A stretch of DNA of 64,000 nt from a virus: the IMG/VR virus record IMGVR_UViG_2974643820_000001, one strand, 5' to 3'. Numbering within the stretch: position 1 is the first letter of the stretch; each line of letters starts with the position of its first letter. The position numbers and the translations under genes are program-made. Below, one piece after another: positions 9,272-18,254 of this stretch. Below the pieces are notes generated by a model. That model had not been told where the DNA came from and made no database searches. It worked only from the letters and a program-made list of their open reading frames with translations.

Positions 9272-9304
9272 AATATCCTCACTTTATAGGCGAGGATATT
9301 TATA
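9272..9304 (-). promoter_or_regulatory. late promoter TATAAATA overlapping an RBS-sequestering hairpin
   Basis: TATAAATA at 9297-9304; 9-bp IR AATATCCTC/GAGGATATT covers the GAGGA RBS. Confidence 0.7.
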
Positions 9305-10540
9305 TCAGCGTTTCAAGAGTGCCATGAGGTTGACGCTGTTGGACTTCGGCTTTTCCTCAACCTTGCGTACAGGCATCTTCAGGTTTGTACAGACCTCGGA
9401 TGGTTCCCAGCGCGTACCCTTTTGCAGGTGCCAAATGTGTAGAGGGATACCAGTCTCAAAGAACACAGGCATCTTCCACTTCTGGACGCCTGGAACGTGC
9501 CCTGCAGGAGCCTTTTCGCACAACAGGGTATCTGGTAGCCAGAGTGATCGGGCTTCCCAGAGCGCTGCACAGGAGTACTCCGGCCAGATGCGTTCCATGT
9601 AGTCGATCTCATCCCAGGTACGCTCGGCATCCCACCCAATGTAACGGGTGTTCTTCTCGCGGAAGAACTTCTTCAGCCAACAGGCACCTGAGGTCTCAAA
9701 GTTCAGGCGGTTGATGAACGTCAGATGCCCGAACTCAGCCACGCAATCCTGGAACGCCTGTTCAAGGTCGGCCTCAAGGATATCACACTCTTCATCCGTG
9801 ATAGGACAACCGTTGATCTTTTTCTTCCCGTGCTTAGTCACCCAGTCGTCACGGTTGGACAAGAACGCCGCGCCGTTGCGGTTGGACTCACTACCATCGC
9901 GGTCACGCAGCATGAAACCGGGGACGTCGATATCCCACATGTTACCGAAGACCATGTTCAAGGCTTCCAGGAAGTTCCAGGCGCTCAGGCGGCCGAAGTA
10001 TTTCCAGGACATCGCCGTTTCCCACAACTTAGTGAACTGGTCGCCTTGGGGCTTGGTCTCCAACATCGGTCGGAATGCTTCCATCTGGGAGCGCCCAGCC
10101 AGCCAGTCGATGTAAGACTGAACACATGGAATCATCTTGGACTTGCGGTAGCGGCAGTCGGTATCGAAGCGCATGCGATCAAAGTTCAGGTTGTACCAAT
10201 CAGAGAAGCGCTGCATCTCTTCCTTAGACTGAGGAGGCACAGGGAACTCACTGTAGATCGTCCATGGACCGATGGCGTTATAGCAGCAGCCCCAAAGGAA
10301 CGACATCCAGATCTTGCGCTCGACCTTCTCAAGCTGTGTGATGCCTTCAGTGACTTCGATGGCATAGTCCATCAGACGCATCTGCTGGTTGTGCTCTTCG
10401 GTGTAGGACAGCGCCTCCACCCAAGCCTTGAGCAGGTACATGCGATTCTCAGGCTTGCGATAGTCAACAGCCAGGTCAATCGGGTACTTCCATTCAGCCG
10501 GAGGCGTATAGCCCGTCGGCATTTTAGATAGATGGGTCAT
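9305..10540 (-). CDS. amino acid:DNA transferase (aGPT-Pplase2 family), thymidine hypermodification, 411 aa
   Basis: YFGRLSAWNFLEAL helix-hairpin-helix glycosylase-like motif; four genes downstream of the P-loop kinase, matching ViI-type synteny. Confidence 0.75.
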   Translation of the reverse strand: MTHLSKMPTGYTPPAEWKYPIDLAVDYRKPENRMYLLKAWVEALSYTEEHNQQMRLMDYAIEVTEGITQLEKVERKIWMSFLWGCCYNAIGPWTIYSEFPVPPQSKEEMQRFSDWYNLNFDRMRFDTDCRYRKSKMIPCVQSYIDWLAGRSQMEAFRPMLETKPQGDQFTKLWETAMSWKYFGRLSAWNFLEALNMVFGNMWDIDVPGFMLRDRDGSESNRNGAAFLSNRDDWVTKHGKKKINGCPITDEECDILEADLEQAFQDCVAEFGHLTFINRLNFETSGACWLKKFFREKNTRYIGWDAERTWDEIDYMERIWPEYSCAALWEARSLWLPDTLLCEKAPAGHVPGVQKWKMPVFFETGIPLHIWHLQKGTRWEPSEVCTNLKMPVRKVEEKPKSNSVNLMALLKR

Positions 10541-10722
10541 CCGAGTTTACTCCCGAGTTCAACACGGAACGCCAGATAGAATAAAGTGGCGATCGATACA
10601 GGACAAATCACCAGGAAGGGGCGCTGCTCAACCCCTTCAGTCACCATGACGCCGACGAGCGATACCGTGAAGATAACGAACATCAGCATCATAAAGATAA
10701 AATCAACCGACCTGATCTTCAT
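10537..10722 (-). CDS. small two-TM membrane protein, 61 aa
   Basis: Two hydrophobic segments; ATGA coupling to downstream gene. Confidence 0.75.
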   Translation of the reverse strand: MKIRSVDFIFMMLMFVIFTVSLVGVMVTEGVEQRPFLVICPVSIATLFYLAFRVELGSKLG

Positions 10723-11076
10723 CTTTCGCTTCCTCTTCAGGAGCCGCAGCTTCAGGAGCCAGCTGGATATCTTCCGGCTTCACGAACCCATCGGGCGCTC
10801 CCACATATCGATGAAGCGGCGGTCGGCGGTCACAAACCAAAGACGGGCTGCAGTGTGGGTCTTACCCGAGATGAACATCTGGGCATTCGTCTGGGTGCGG
10901 AACGGAGCCGCCTGCAACCACTTACCGAAGTCTTTGGACGACGGGTTGGCATTCAGCTGGAACTGAGGGATGACGCGGTTCTCTTCAGGAATCAGGCGCA
11001 CAGCAGTAATGTGCTTGGCGTTTCCGGTGTAGTCAATTGCGACAGCCACAGCATCGCGAGGGATTTGAATTTTCAT
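10703..11076 (-). CDS. hypothetical protein, ~124 aa; probable 1-nt deletion at 10787-10789
   Basis: MKIQIPRDAV...WERPMG stops at 10780, but adding one G gives ...PMGFVKPEDIQLAPEAAAPEEEAKDEDQVG* overlapping the next gene. Confidence 0.6.
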
Positions 11077-11276
11077 TTTGGTTCCTTGAATATTTTGTAA
11101 CCAGCAGCGCCGATAGACATCACCGCGCCAATACAGTACATCACAGTCACGTTCAACTTCTCTGAGGTTGTTAAGTCCAGAGGAGTGAAATGATAGGCCA
11201 GGCCAGCGCACATTGAAACGGCTGCCATAATCAGGCCGATGAACAACAGATAATTAGACAACCGTTTCATGATCAC
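11073..11276 (-). CDS. small two-TM membrane protein, ~67 aa
   Basis: Two hydrophobic helices; coupled to neighbours. Confidence 0.75.
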   Translation of the reverse strand: MIMKRLSNYLLFIGLIMAAVSMCAGLAYHFTPLDLTTSEKLNVTVMYCIGAVMSIGAAGYKIFKEPK

Positions 11277-12187
11277 CCCTTCTTCATCAGGTCAAGGAGA
11301 GAGCGCGACGCTGCCTTCGGTGCTTCTGGCTCGGCACTCGCCTTGGTTTTAGTTTTGGATGCCTTCTGCGGCTTCTCAGGCACTCTGTGCGCCAAAGGAT
11401 CCTGCCCACCGACCTCACGGGTCATTGGGTTGGTCTCACAGAAAGCATAGAAGTCTTTGCTGTAAAACCCATACGCTCGAGTTTCGTCCAATTGATGGTG
11501 GATAGCATTACCAACCACCCACAAAGGAGCATCGAACGGAAGGATAGCCACTTCTGAATTTGTCGGTGATTTGAACTCCTGGGTGTTGGTTTCCGGCGCT
11601 TTGTACAGAATGTCCTGCCCGCTGTAATTGTCTACCACAGGGGTGAAGCCCAGCGCCAGCATTTCGGCCTTCGACTTCTCAAACTCCTTGGAGTAAGATT
11701 CGTTGCGTGACCAGCCAGAGTCCCCTGCTTCCTTACCAGAGCGCCCACGGATACGCGCATCGTACTGGTAGCGGTCAGGGTATGCAAAGTACAGCAGCGC
11801 CAGAGATTCAATCGGATAGTTCTTGAACATCCATTCAGGACGCCATTTGTCCGACAACATGAGGGGTTCACCCTCACAGACCAGGGTATACCCCTGAGCC
11901 AGCCAGCCTTTGACCAGATCACGAGCGATGTCACCGGATCCTGTGGCGGCATGAACGCCGTCCATAGAAGTCCATGAAGCCAGACCGGACTTGTTGGACA
12001 CAGTGTACTGGCCGACGAAGATTAACTTCAGCTCTTCGAATTTCAGGCCAAACGGGCGCGTCTTGTCGCCGATAGTGTAGGTCAGTTCGGTAGGCTCCAG
12101 CTTCGTACGGAGCCATTCGATGAACTGTACGACACGAGTGCCTTTACCCGTGCCGGAGGTTCCTTTGATTACGATGATCTTTGCCAT
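11273..12187 (-). CDS. P-loop kinase, probable 5-hmdU DNA kinase of the hypermodification pathway, 304 aa
   Basis: Walker A IIVIKGTSGTGKGT, LVCEGE Walker B-like motif; synteny with the amino acid:DNA transferase. Confidence 0.7.
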   Translation of the reverse strand: MAKIIVIKGTSGTGKGTRVVQFIEWLRTKLEPTELTYTIGDKTRPFGLKFEELKLIFVGQYTVSNKSGLASWTSMDGVHAATGSGDIARDLVKGWLAQGYTLVCEGEPLMLSDKWRPEWMFKNYPIESLALLYFAYPDRYQYDARIRGRSGKEAGDSGWSRNESYSKEFEKSKAEMLALGFTPVVDNYSGQDILYKAPETNTQEFKSPTNSEVAILPFDAPLWVVGNAIHHQLDETRAYGFYSKDFYAFCETNPMTREVGGQDPLAHRVPEKPQKASKTKTKASAEPEAPKAASRSLLDLMKKG

Positions 12188-12492
12188 TATACAGCATCCT
12201 CAATACGCCAGCTCACGCCGCCCATCCAAGGTGCCCAGAATACAGCAACCTGCAGACGACCGTTTTCTTCAAACTTCACTTTATACTGGTCGTCGAAGTT
12301 ATAGAAGATTTCATCCGCTTCAGAGCGCTGACCGATCTCCACCAGTACGTCATGGAGAGCCTTGGCTGCGCCGATAGGAGTCGGAGTCTCCTGGCGACGA
12401 ATGAAGTTGTTCACATGGATAATCACTCCATCCATATCACTATCACCAGAGCGTTTGTCTGGGGTTTCCCCGAACTTATTCTGTTCTTGCAC
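12187..12492 (-). CDS. hypothetical protein, 101 aa
   Basis: GTG start with AGGA RBS; TAATG coupling to the kinase. Confidence 0.75.
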   Translation of the reverse strand: MQEQNKFGETPDKRSGDSDMDGVIIHVNNFIRRQETPTPIGAAKALHDVLVEIGQRSEADEIFYNFDDQYKVKFEENGRLQVAVFWAPWMGGVSWRIEDAV

Positions 12493-12501
12493 GATGTCCT
12501 C

Positions 12502-13277
12502 CTATCGGACGTATTGATAATGACCAATCAAGCGGTTCACCACTTCAACAATATTGTGATTCAGGAAGTCGAAGTGGTTCTGGCCTTCTACTGGTTTAAT
12601 ATAAAGCATATCTTCCGAGTTCGAAAGATCCAGTTTTTCATAATTGCCCTGAGGAACAAAGATGACGAAGATGTTGTTCAGGCCGCATGGCTCGACATAC
12701 TTCGGATTGTCATCAATCAGGACATCGCCAGCCAGCAGGTGCTTTTCGTCGGTGCTGACAAACCCGTTGAAGATGCCTGGGAACTTGTCGTAGACAAACT
12801 GGCGCTTGCTGCGCTCGTGTTCCGGCTCGCACTTAGACACTGCGATGAATTCAACATTGTCAAAGTCTTCGAGCAGAATCTTCTTCAGATTCACTAAGAA
12901 CTCGTAAGCACCAGGGAGCGGGTTCATCTTGGCATACAGGTCAGGGCGACGCCACCAGTCCATAGGATCGTTACCGCTCGGCACACGTTGTTTGTGCAGC
13001 CCCAATTGGACTTCACGGTACAGCCACGCCGGATGCGCACGTTCGCGCATCAGGATAGCCAGGTCGCCAGCATGGGCCATATAGCACTCTTTGGTGATCG
13101 GCTGGAATGGCGCTGGTCCATGACCGTCATAGTGCTTGGACACGCTGAGGTTGTCTTCGTTGAACCACTGTACCCAAGGGAGAGGCTATCAACCAGCGTC
13201 AGGTCAACATCCACGAGGACGCGATACAGACCACCGACCTTTGATTTCATATCATAGAGGCAGACCAGGTTGTTCAT
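12502..13277 (-). CDS. HAD-family 5'(3')-deoxyribonucleotidase (NT5C-like), split by 1-nt deletion at 13178-13180
   Basis: Motif I LVDVDLTLVDSLS lies in one frame and PWVQWFNE...VLIDDNP (motif IV) in the next; one extra base gives DSLSPWVQW. Confidence 0.8.
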
Positions 13278-13615
13278 TTGTCTTCCTCAACTTTGTCATA
13301 GCCTGTAGCAACACACTGTTCTTCTGTGCAATCAGCGTACAGAACAACAGACGCCTGCTTCACATAGGTGGTGCAGTGGTAGGTTTCGTCTTCCTGGATG
13401 GAATCGTCATAGTTGCAGACAGTCTGCAGGGGACCAGGAGTGGTGTTTTCCAGAGCCGCATGAGCCTTGATGGTGTCTTCCATCTTAGACGTGGCCTGCT
13501 CATTAGTGAACGTCGGCGCGTCGAGGTCAACGGTAGACGCAACGTCCAGTAAGGTGGAGCATGCGGTGGTAGAGAAAGCCAGAGCACACACCAGAAGAAT
13601 CTTATTGAGTTTCAT
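13274..13615 (-). CDS. lipoprotein, 113 aa
   Basis: Signal peptide MKLNKILLVCALAFSTTA-C with lipobox; AGGTGA RBS. Confidence 0.8.
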   Translation of the reverse strand: MKLNKILLVCALAFSTTACSTLLDVASTVDLDAPTFTNEQATSKMEDTIKAHAALENTTPGPLQTVCNYDDSIQEDETYHCTTYVKQASVVLYADCTEEQCVATGYDKVEEDK

Positions 13616-13644
13616 TTCAATCACCTGTTTGTCAAAGGATAACA

Positions 13645-13676
13645 GGGGGAATTATATCCCCCTTTGGTTTATTGAA
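13645..13676 (-). promoter_or_regulatory. TTCAAT-N14-TATAAT promoter with -10 in hairpin loop
   Basis: Perfect consensus 13651-13676; GGGGGA/TCCCCC flanks TATAAT. Confidence 0.8.
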
Positions 13677-16676
13677 TCAACCTTTCTTCTTTTGCATCAT
13701 GGCAAGAAGGTTCACACGGCGCTTGTGTGACCAGCCGACCACATCGAGGATGGACTGAATCGGGTCGATGAAGGACTTCTCAAAGGCTGTATGGTAATCC
13801 ACCCATTTACCCATACCCAGTTCCTCGGGGAAGAACTCAGGATATGCGAAGTAATTCTGACCAAACGGGTTGCCATTCTTCAGCAGTACCATGTTGACCT
13901 TATCACCCGACTCAATCATTGGCAAGCCGAGGTCTTCGTTCTTCTCTACCATGCGGTTGTAACCCACACATGCCTTGGCAGCATAGTGAGCACCAGAGAT
14001 GAACGAGCCGTCGGCAGCCACACACTTCTCTATGTCGGACACGCCGGATGCCTTGGCGATATCGTCTACAGAGAGCTTCATGTACTCCTCTTTGTACTGG
14101 GAGATGAGCGTCTGCACTTCCTCTTCGGTGCCGAGCAGGATACGCTCATAGCACTTAACAAGACGCTCACGACACCATTCGGGAGTGGTGGACTTACGGG
14201 CTTCCAGACCTTTGAACTTGATCTTCGGCTTCTCGTACTTGATGCCCTCACTGTCATACACAGCCATGGCATACATCTTCTTGGCTCGCCAGACGGCGGC
14301 TGATGCAATTACTTCACGCTCCCACACCATGCGCTGCTCGAACCCGTTCATGGTGTTACACAGAAGCTGTGCCCACTCATTGGTCTTCGGCTGGTAGTTG
14401 TCTTTGATCCATTGGTCGATGTTGTCAACCATCTTGTGGTGGTCAGTCTCATCCGGCCACAGTTGCTTGACAAGACGCTCAATGCAGATGTAGTTGGAGT
14501 CGGTATCACCTGCGATGACGAAGTCCTGGCCTGTCGTACCACACAGCTTGTTCAGATAATCATCGGTGTAACGCTTGTTCCACTTGTTGATCAGCTGACC
14601 GGACGTTGTGATGGCTTCAGCGATGTTGAGGTTGAAGTACTCTTTGAACCAGACGTTCGAGATCGCGCCATAGCCCGCGTTCATCAAGATCTTCAGACCT
14701 TGCTGGAGGGTATCTTGGGCAACCCCAAGGTCTTCCCACTTGTGCATCACTTCAGTCAGGGCATCAAGATCGATGTTCTTGTGCTCTTCATACCAGTCGG
14801 CATCATAGAAGCGAGACTTCATGGCCGACTCAAGCTGGAAGTCGCCCTTCGACATTTCCTTACACCAACCAGCCCACTGCTCGTACTTCAGCCCCTTGGC
14901 TTTCTCCACTTTACGGTCGCTGTAGATACCGCGCATGATTTCAGACAGGAACGACATCTTCTCGTTGCTGAAGAATTGGACGTTAGGCGTGAAGGACACG
15001 TTGTAGCGGCGCAGGGTCTCAAAGTGGAACTCACCCAGGGCGACCAGTTCATCAACGACCTGTAAACGCTCATCAACCGCACGCAACAGCTTGTCGTGCA
15101 GTGCTTTCATCAACCGACGTTTGTGCATCGGCGTGCTCATGTCGTTCATCTTCGCAGCCAGTTCTTCACACATGGCTTCAATGATTTCACGGCGCTGATG
15201 TTTGTCACCAACGATGGTCTCAGGACCGAGGTTGTATTGCTGGATGATGTGAGGGTAGAGGGAGTTCAAGTCCTCAGAGAAGACCCAGAAGTAGATTCCT
15301 GGAGCCACCTCCATGACGTATGCGCCCTCAAAGTCGGTCGGTCCATCGTACACGCGCTGGATCTTGGGCACGATCCCCTTCTCATAGAGGCGATAGTAGC
15401 ACATTGCCAGCCACGGAGCCACAGTGCCAAGGCCATCCTCATAGTTGGACTTGGTGCGGTACGCCAGGACGAACATCAGCTGGAGCAGACGCAGCTTCTG
15501 TTCAAGACGCCACACCAGCTTGACGTCCTTGATACCATATCGGGTGTGTTTGGCATAGTCGTTGAAGTACAGATCAAAGAGCGACTTACTCTCACTGTAG
15601 TCCATCTTCTTCTCACCCAGCTCAACATATGCAATCCAGTCAAGAGAGTAGCGCTCACGGGTGGTGTACGTGTGCTTCTTGTAGATCTGCATGTAGTCGA
15701 GCATAGGACAGCCCACGAACTGATACGTCGTGATGTCGCCCTTCTTATCGCGAATGATGCGCTTCTTGATGATACCCCAAGGACTCAGGCGCGATGTCTC
15801 GCTCTCACCCAGCACCTGATTCATGCGCTCAACAAGATATGGGCTATCGAACGTCTCAATGTTCCATCCCGTCCATCCGTCAAACTGACGCTCTGACCAG
15901 AAGTCAAGGAAAGATCTCAGCAGGTCTTGCTCGGTGACAAACTCCTGATACACAACCTCAAGGCCGCCGATCTCTTTGTCTTCGGTGTCGTAGGCGAACT
16001 TATTACGATCTTTGGAACACGGCATACCCCACACCATGAACTTGTTGGTCGCCATGTCCTGAAGCTGGATGAGCGTGATGGGGAAAGCCGCGTTCATATC
16101 TTGGGTGATCTTGCCGTTGCTGTCAATGACAGGGAACTGGTCGGTTACATTGTTGCTGATGAAGGAACCAGGGAAGTGCTCGCGAACAAAGTCATGGTTG
16201 GCCAGGACTTGCTTATGGAAGCGGCGGATGCGCGCCTCGCTGCCTTTGAACGTCTGTTGCTCAATGGTTGGGTGTGGGAATGGACCTTTGGTCATCACTC
16301 CGTCTTTCCATCCAGCAGAGAACACTTCTATATCCAGGTTGGCGATATGGATGTTGGTGTAATCGGGTTCAATCTTTCCTGGGAAGCTGTGGGCAATGAA
16401 CTGGTATGCATAATCCGTCTGGCCGTAGATCGCCGCTCCCTGCACTTCCTTGTACTCCTCAAGGTAGCCATCGGCTGTTCGCATGTCGGCGAACTTCTTG
16501 GCGATCAAGGGTTCATTGAGCAGGCCGACTTTGTCAACATTTGAATAATCAGCCGTGGGTAAATAGAGAGTGGGTTCGAATTTCTTTTTCAGCAGACGAC
16601 GATTGCCCATGTCATCCGCGATTCGAATCAACAGGTCATTGCCCCTTCGGGCAACGTTCGTATAGAAAACGGTCAT
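13677..16676 (-). CDS. gp43: family B DNA polymerase (T4 gp43-like), 999 aa
   Basis: Exo motifs LDIEV, GWNIETFDSPY; Pol motifs EDLNSLYPHII, KILMNAGYG, AGDTDSNY, KKMYA. Confidence 0.97.
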   Translation of the reverse strand: MTVFYTNVARRGNDLLIRIADDMGNRRLLKKKFEPTLYLPTADYSNVDKVGLLNEPLIAKKFADMRTADGYLEEYKEVQGAAIYGQTDYAYQFIAHSFPGKIEPDYTNIHIANLDIEVFSAGWKDGVMTKGPFPHPTIEQQTFKGSEARIRRFHKQVLANHDFVREHFPGSFISNNVTDQFPVIDSNGKITQDMNAAFPITLIQLQDMATNKFMVWGMPCSKDRNKFAYDTEDKEIGGLEVVYQEFVTEQDLLRSFLDFWSERQFDGWTGWNIETFDSPYLVERMNQVLGESETSRLSPWGIIKKRIIRDKKGDITTYQFVGCPMLDYMQIYKKHTYTTRERYSLDWIAYVELGEKKMDYSESKSLFDLYFNDYAKHTRYGIKDVKLVWRLEQKLRLLQLMFVLAYRTKSNYEDGLGTVAPWLAMCYYRLYEKGIVPKIQRVYDGPTDFEGAYVMEVAPGIYFWVFSEDLNSLYPHIIQQYNLGPETIVGDKHQRREIIEAMCEELAAKMNDMSTPMHKRRLMKALHDKLLRAVDERLQVVDELVALGEFHFETLRRYNVSFTPNVQFFSNEKMSFLSEIMRGIYSDRKVEKAKGLKYEQWAGWCKEMSKGDFQLESAMKSRFYDADWYEEHKNIDLDALTEVMHKWEDLGVAQDTLQQGLKILMNAGYGAISNVWFKEYFNLNIAEAITTSGQLINKWNKRYTDDYLNKLCGTTGQDFVIAGDTDSNYICIERLVKQLWPDETDHHKMVDNIDQWIKDNYQPKTNEWAQLLCNTMNGFEQRMVWEREVIASAAVWRAKKMYAMAVYDSEGIKYEKPKIKFKGLEARKSTTPEWCRERLVKCYERILLGTEEEVQTLISQYKEEYMKLSVDDIAKASGVSDIEKCVAADGSFISGAHYAAKACVGYNRMVEKNEDLGLPMIESGDKVNMVLLKNGNPFGQNYFAYPEFFPEELGMGKWVDYHTAFEKSFIDPIQSILDVVGWSHKRRVNLLAMMQKKKG

Positions 16677-16755
16677 GTAATTCTCCAGGTTATCCGCGCC
16701 GTTAGCACGTGGGCATATTTAACCATAGAGCCATTCATTGACCAAGGAGTTTATT

Positions 16756-17328
16756 ATGGCAATCCCCCTCGTTGGTATGATCCCAGGAGCGCTCAAGCAA
16801 CTCTGGAACCTCGGGACTGATTTGATCCAATATAAGCGGGAAGTTGTGCAAGCCAAACACGATGTCAAGCTGGAGGCTATCAAGTCCTCCTCAGATTGGG
16901 AGCTGTCCAAGATCACCGAAGTCGGCGGATCTTGGAAAGACGAATTCTGGACTATTGTGTTGGCCGTACCCGCTATCCTCGTCATGACTGCTCCGGTTGT
17001 GGAACTGATTCTGTTCCCTGGTGAGTATCATAAAGGGGATTTCATCAAAGCAGTAATCGGTGGTCTCCAGGCGCTTGATACCGCACCTGAATGGTATACC
17101 TATTCATTATTGACAGCAATTAGTGCATCATTCGGTATCAAAGGCTACAACCACTACAAAAGCAACGGGCGAAAAGCCCAGGCTGTGGATGCTCTCAAGC
17201 AGTTTGGGGTCAGGGTCGTACAAAAAGATCCCACTGTTGTTACTCAGTCGGGTGCTCCCGATCTTGAGTCTGCTCCCCCAGCTGGGTCTACTGCGACCTC
17301 TGGTGCGTGGCCTGATCTGAAGAAATAA
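16756..17328 (+). CDS. membrane protein, candidate holin, 190 aa
   Basis: AGGAG RBS; SWKDEFWTIVLAVPAILV...PEWY...ISASFGIKG motif and TM segments typical of 3TM-holin-like phage proteins. Confidence 0.55.
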   Translation: MAIPLVGMIPGALKQLWNLGTDLIQYKREVVQAKHDVKLEAIKSSSDWELSKITEVGGSWKDEFWTIVLAVPAILVMTAPVVELILFPGEYHKGDFIKAVIGGLQALDTAPEWYTYSLLTAISASFGIKGYNHYKSNGRKAQAVDALKQFGVRVVQKDPTVVTQSGAPDLESAPPAGSTATSGAWPDLKK

Positions 17329-17332
17329 GTTC

Positions 17333-17358
17333 AAGGGGAGGAAACTCCCCTTTCTTTT
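17333..17358 (+). terminator. Rho-independent terminator
   Basis: AAGGGGAG-GAAA-CTCCCCTT plus TCTTTT. Confidence 0.85.
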
Positions 17359-17370
17359 GGTGTTTAGGGA

Positions 17371-17583
17371 ATGAAAGTGGTAAACAAGAGATTGCTCGTC
17401 ACCCAAGGTGGGGCGACGATAGTGCGCGGAAGGATCTATGAACAGACACAGCTGGGTGATCACAAGACACGCCTGACTGTTAAGGCTCCCGATGGTGGTT
17501 GGCCGACTAAGGTGATTGTCCCAGACGGTCTCATAGAACGAGGGTCGGCAACGTACAAGGGAGCAGAGTTCAAAATTTATTAA
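17371..17583 (+). CDS. hypothetical protein, 70 aa
   Basis: AGGGA RBS; fills the gap before the next promoter. Confidence 0.6.
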   Translation: MKVVNKRLLVTQGGATIVRGRIYEQTQLGDHKTRLTVKAPDGGWPTKVIVPDGLIERGSATYKGAEFKIY

Positions 17584-17586
17584 AAT

Positions 17587-17681
17587 ATTTATTGAATAAA
17601 GTTTACTTCTTCAATAACTGGCGTATACTTCTAATTGTAGTACGAACAAACAACAATCTGAAGAGAAGGAAATACATCATG
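17587..17681 (+). promoter_or_regulatory. early sigma70-type promoter cassette GTTTAC-N17-TATACT with leader and RBS
   Basis: T4-early-like -35/-10; near-copy at 63728-63826. Confidence 0.8.
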
Positions 17682-18206
17682 AAAATTTTAGCAGAAACCG
17701 CAAACAAAAACACAGTTCTGTCTGACGCAGGTGAAGGTCACGTCTTCGGTAACTTCTTCGGCGCGGCAGACGGCGACAAACTTTCTGCTGGCCGTTACAT
17801 GGTGGTGTATCATCTTATCATGAAAGGCGTTCGCCAAGAGTTGAAACAGAAATTTGACTCCTACGTTGATGCCATGAACTTCTTCCTCTTCCAGAAACGT
17901 CACGAACTGTTCGTTGAAGCGAAAGACGCAGGCCTGGACGACGCGACTGCCGAACTGATCGCAGAAGGTAAAATGTCCCTCGAGGAAGCTCTGGGTGACA
18001 TGGATTGCGAAGCCGAAGCCCATTATATCGAATATTCCGCTTACCAGAATGAATGTGAAGACGATCCTGAAGATGACGGCTTCGACCCTGACCTTCACGG
18101 CGGCGAGGATGACAATACTCCTTCCCTGGAAGTGATCATGGCAGGCGGTCAGGCCGCTTGGGAGTGGCAGAACGAGAAGAACGCCTGGCTGGATTCCCGT
18201 CTTTAA
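17679..18206 (+). CDS. early hypothetical protein, 175 aa, acidic C-terminus
   Basis: AAGGA RBS; first gene after the early promoter. Confidence 0.85.
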   Translation: MKILAETANKNTVLSDAGEGHVFGNFFGAADGDKLSAGRYMVVYHLIMKGVRQELKQKFDSYVDAMNFFLFQKRHELFVEAKDAGLDDATAELIAEGKMSLEEALGDMDCEAEAHYIEYSAYQNECEDDPEDDGFDPDLHGGEDDNTPSLEVIMAGGQAAWEWQNEKNAWLDSRL

Positions 18207-18213
18207 TATGACC

Positions 18214-18231
18214 AAGCCCCTTCGGGGGCTT
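18214..18231 (+). terminator. UUCG stem-loop (terminator or processing site)
   Basis: AAGCCCC-TTCG-GGGGCTT. Confidence 0.65.
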
Positions 18232-18254
18232 ACTTTGAACTGAAGGACTATATC

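Noticed and set aside
13677-16676. Intein or intron in the long DNA polymerase
   Set aside because: ORF is continuous; the extra segments lack C...HN intein ends
16712-16722. TTAAATA on the minus strand as a late promoter for the polymerase
   Set aside because: Imperfect match and implausible timing for a replication gene; left uncalled
17679-17700. MKILAE as a fourth capsid-targeting sequence
   Set aside because: Lacks the T-F/Y-x-E/D-F/Y pattern and is driven by an early-type promoter
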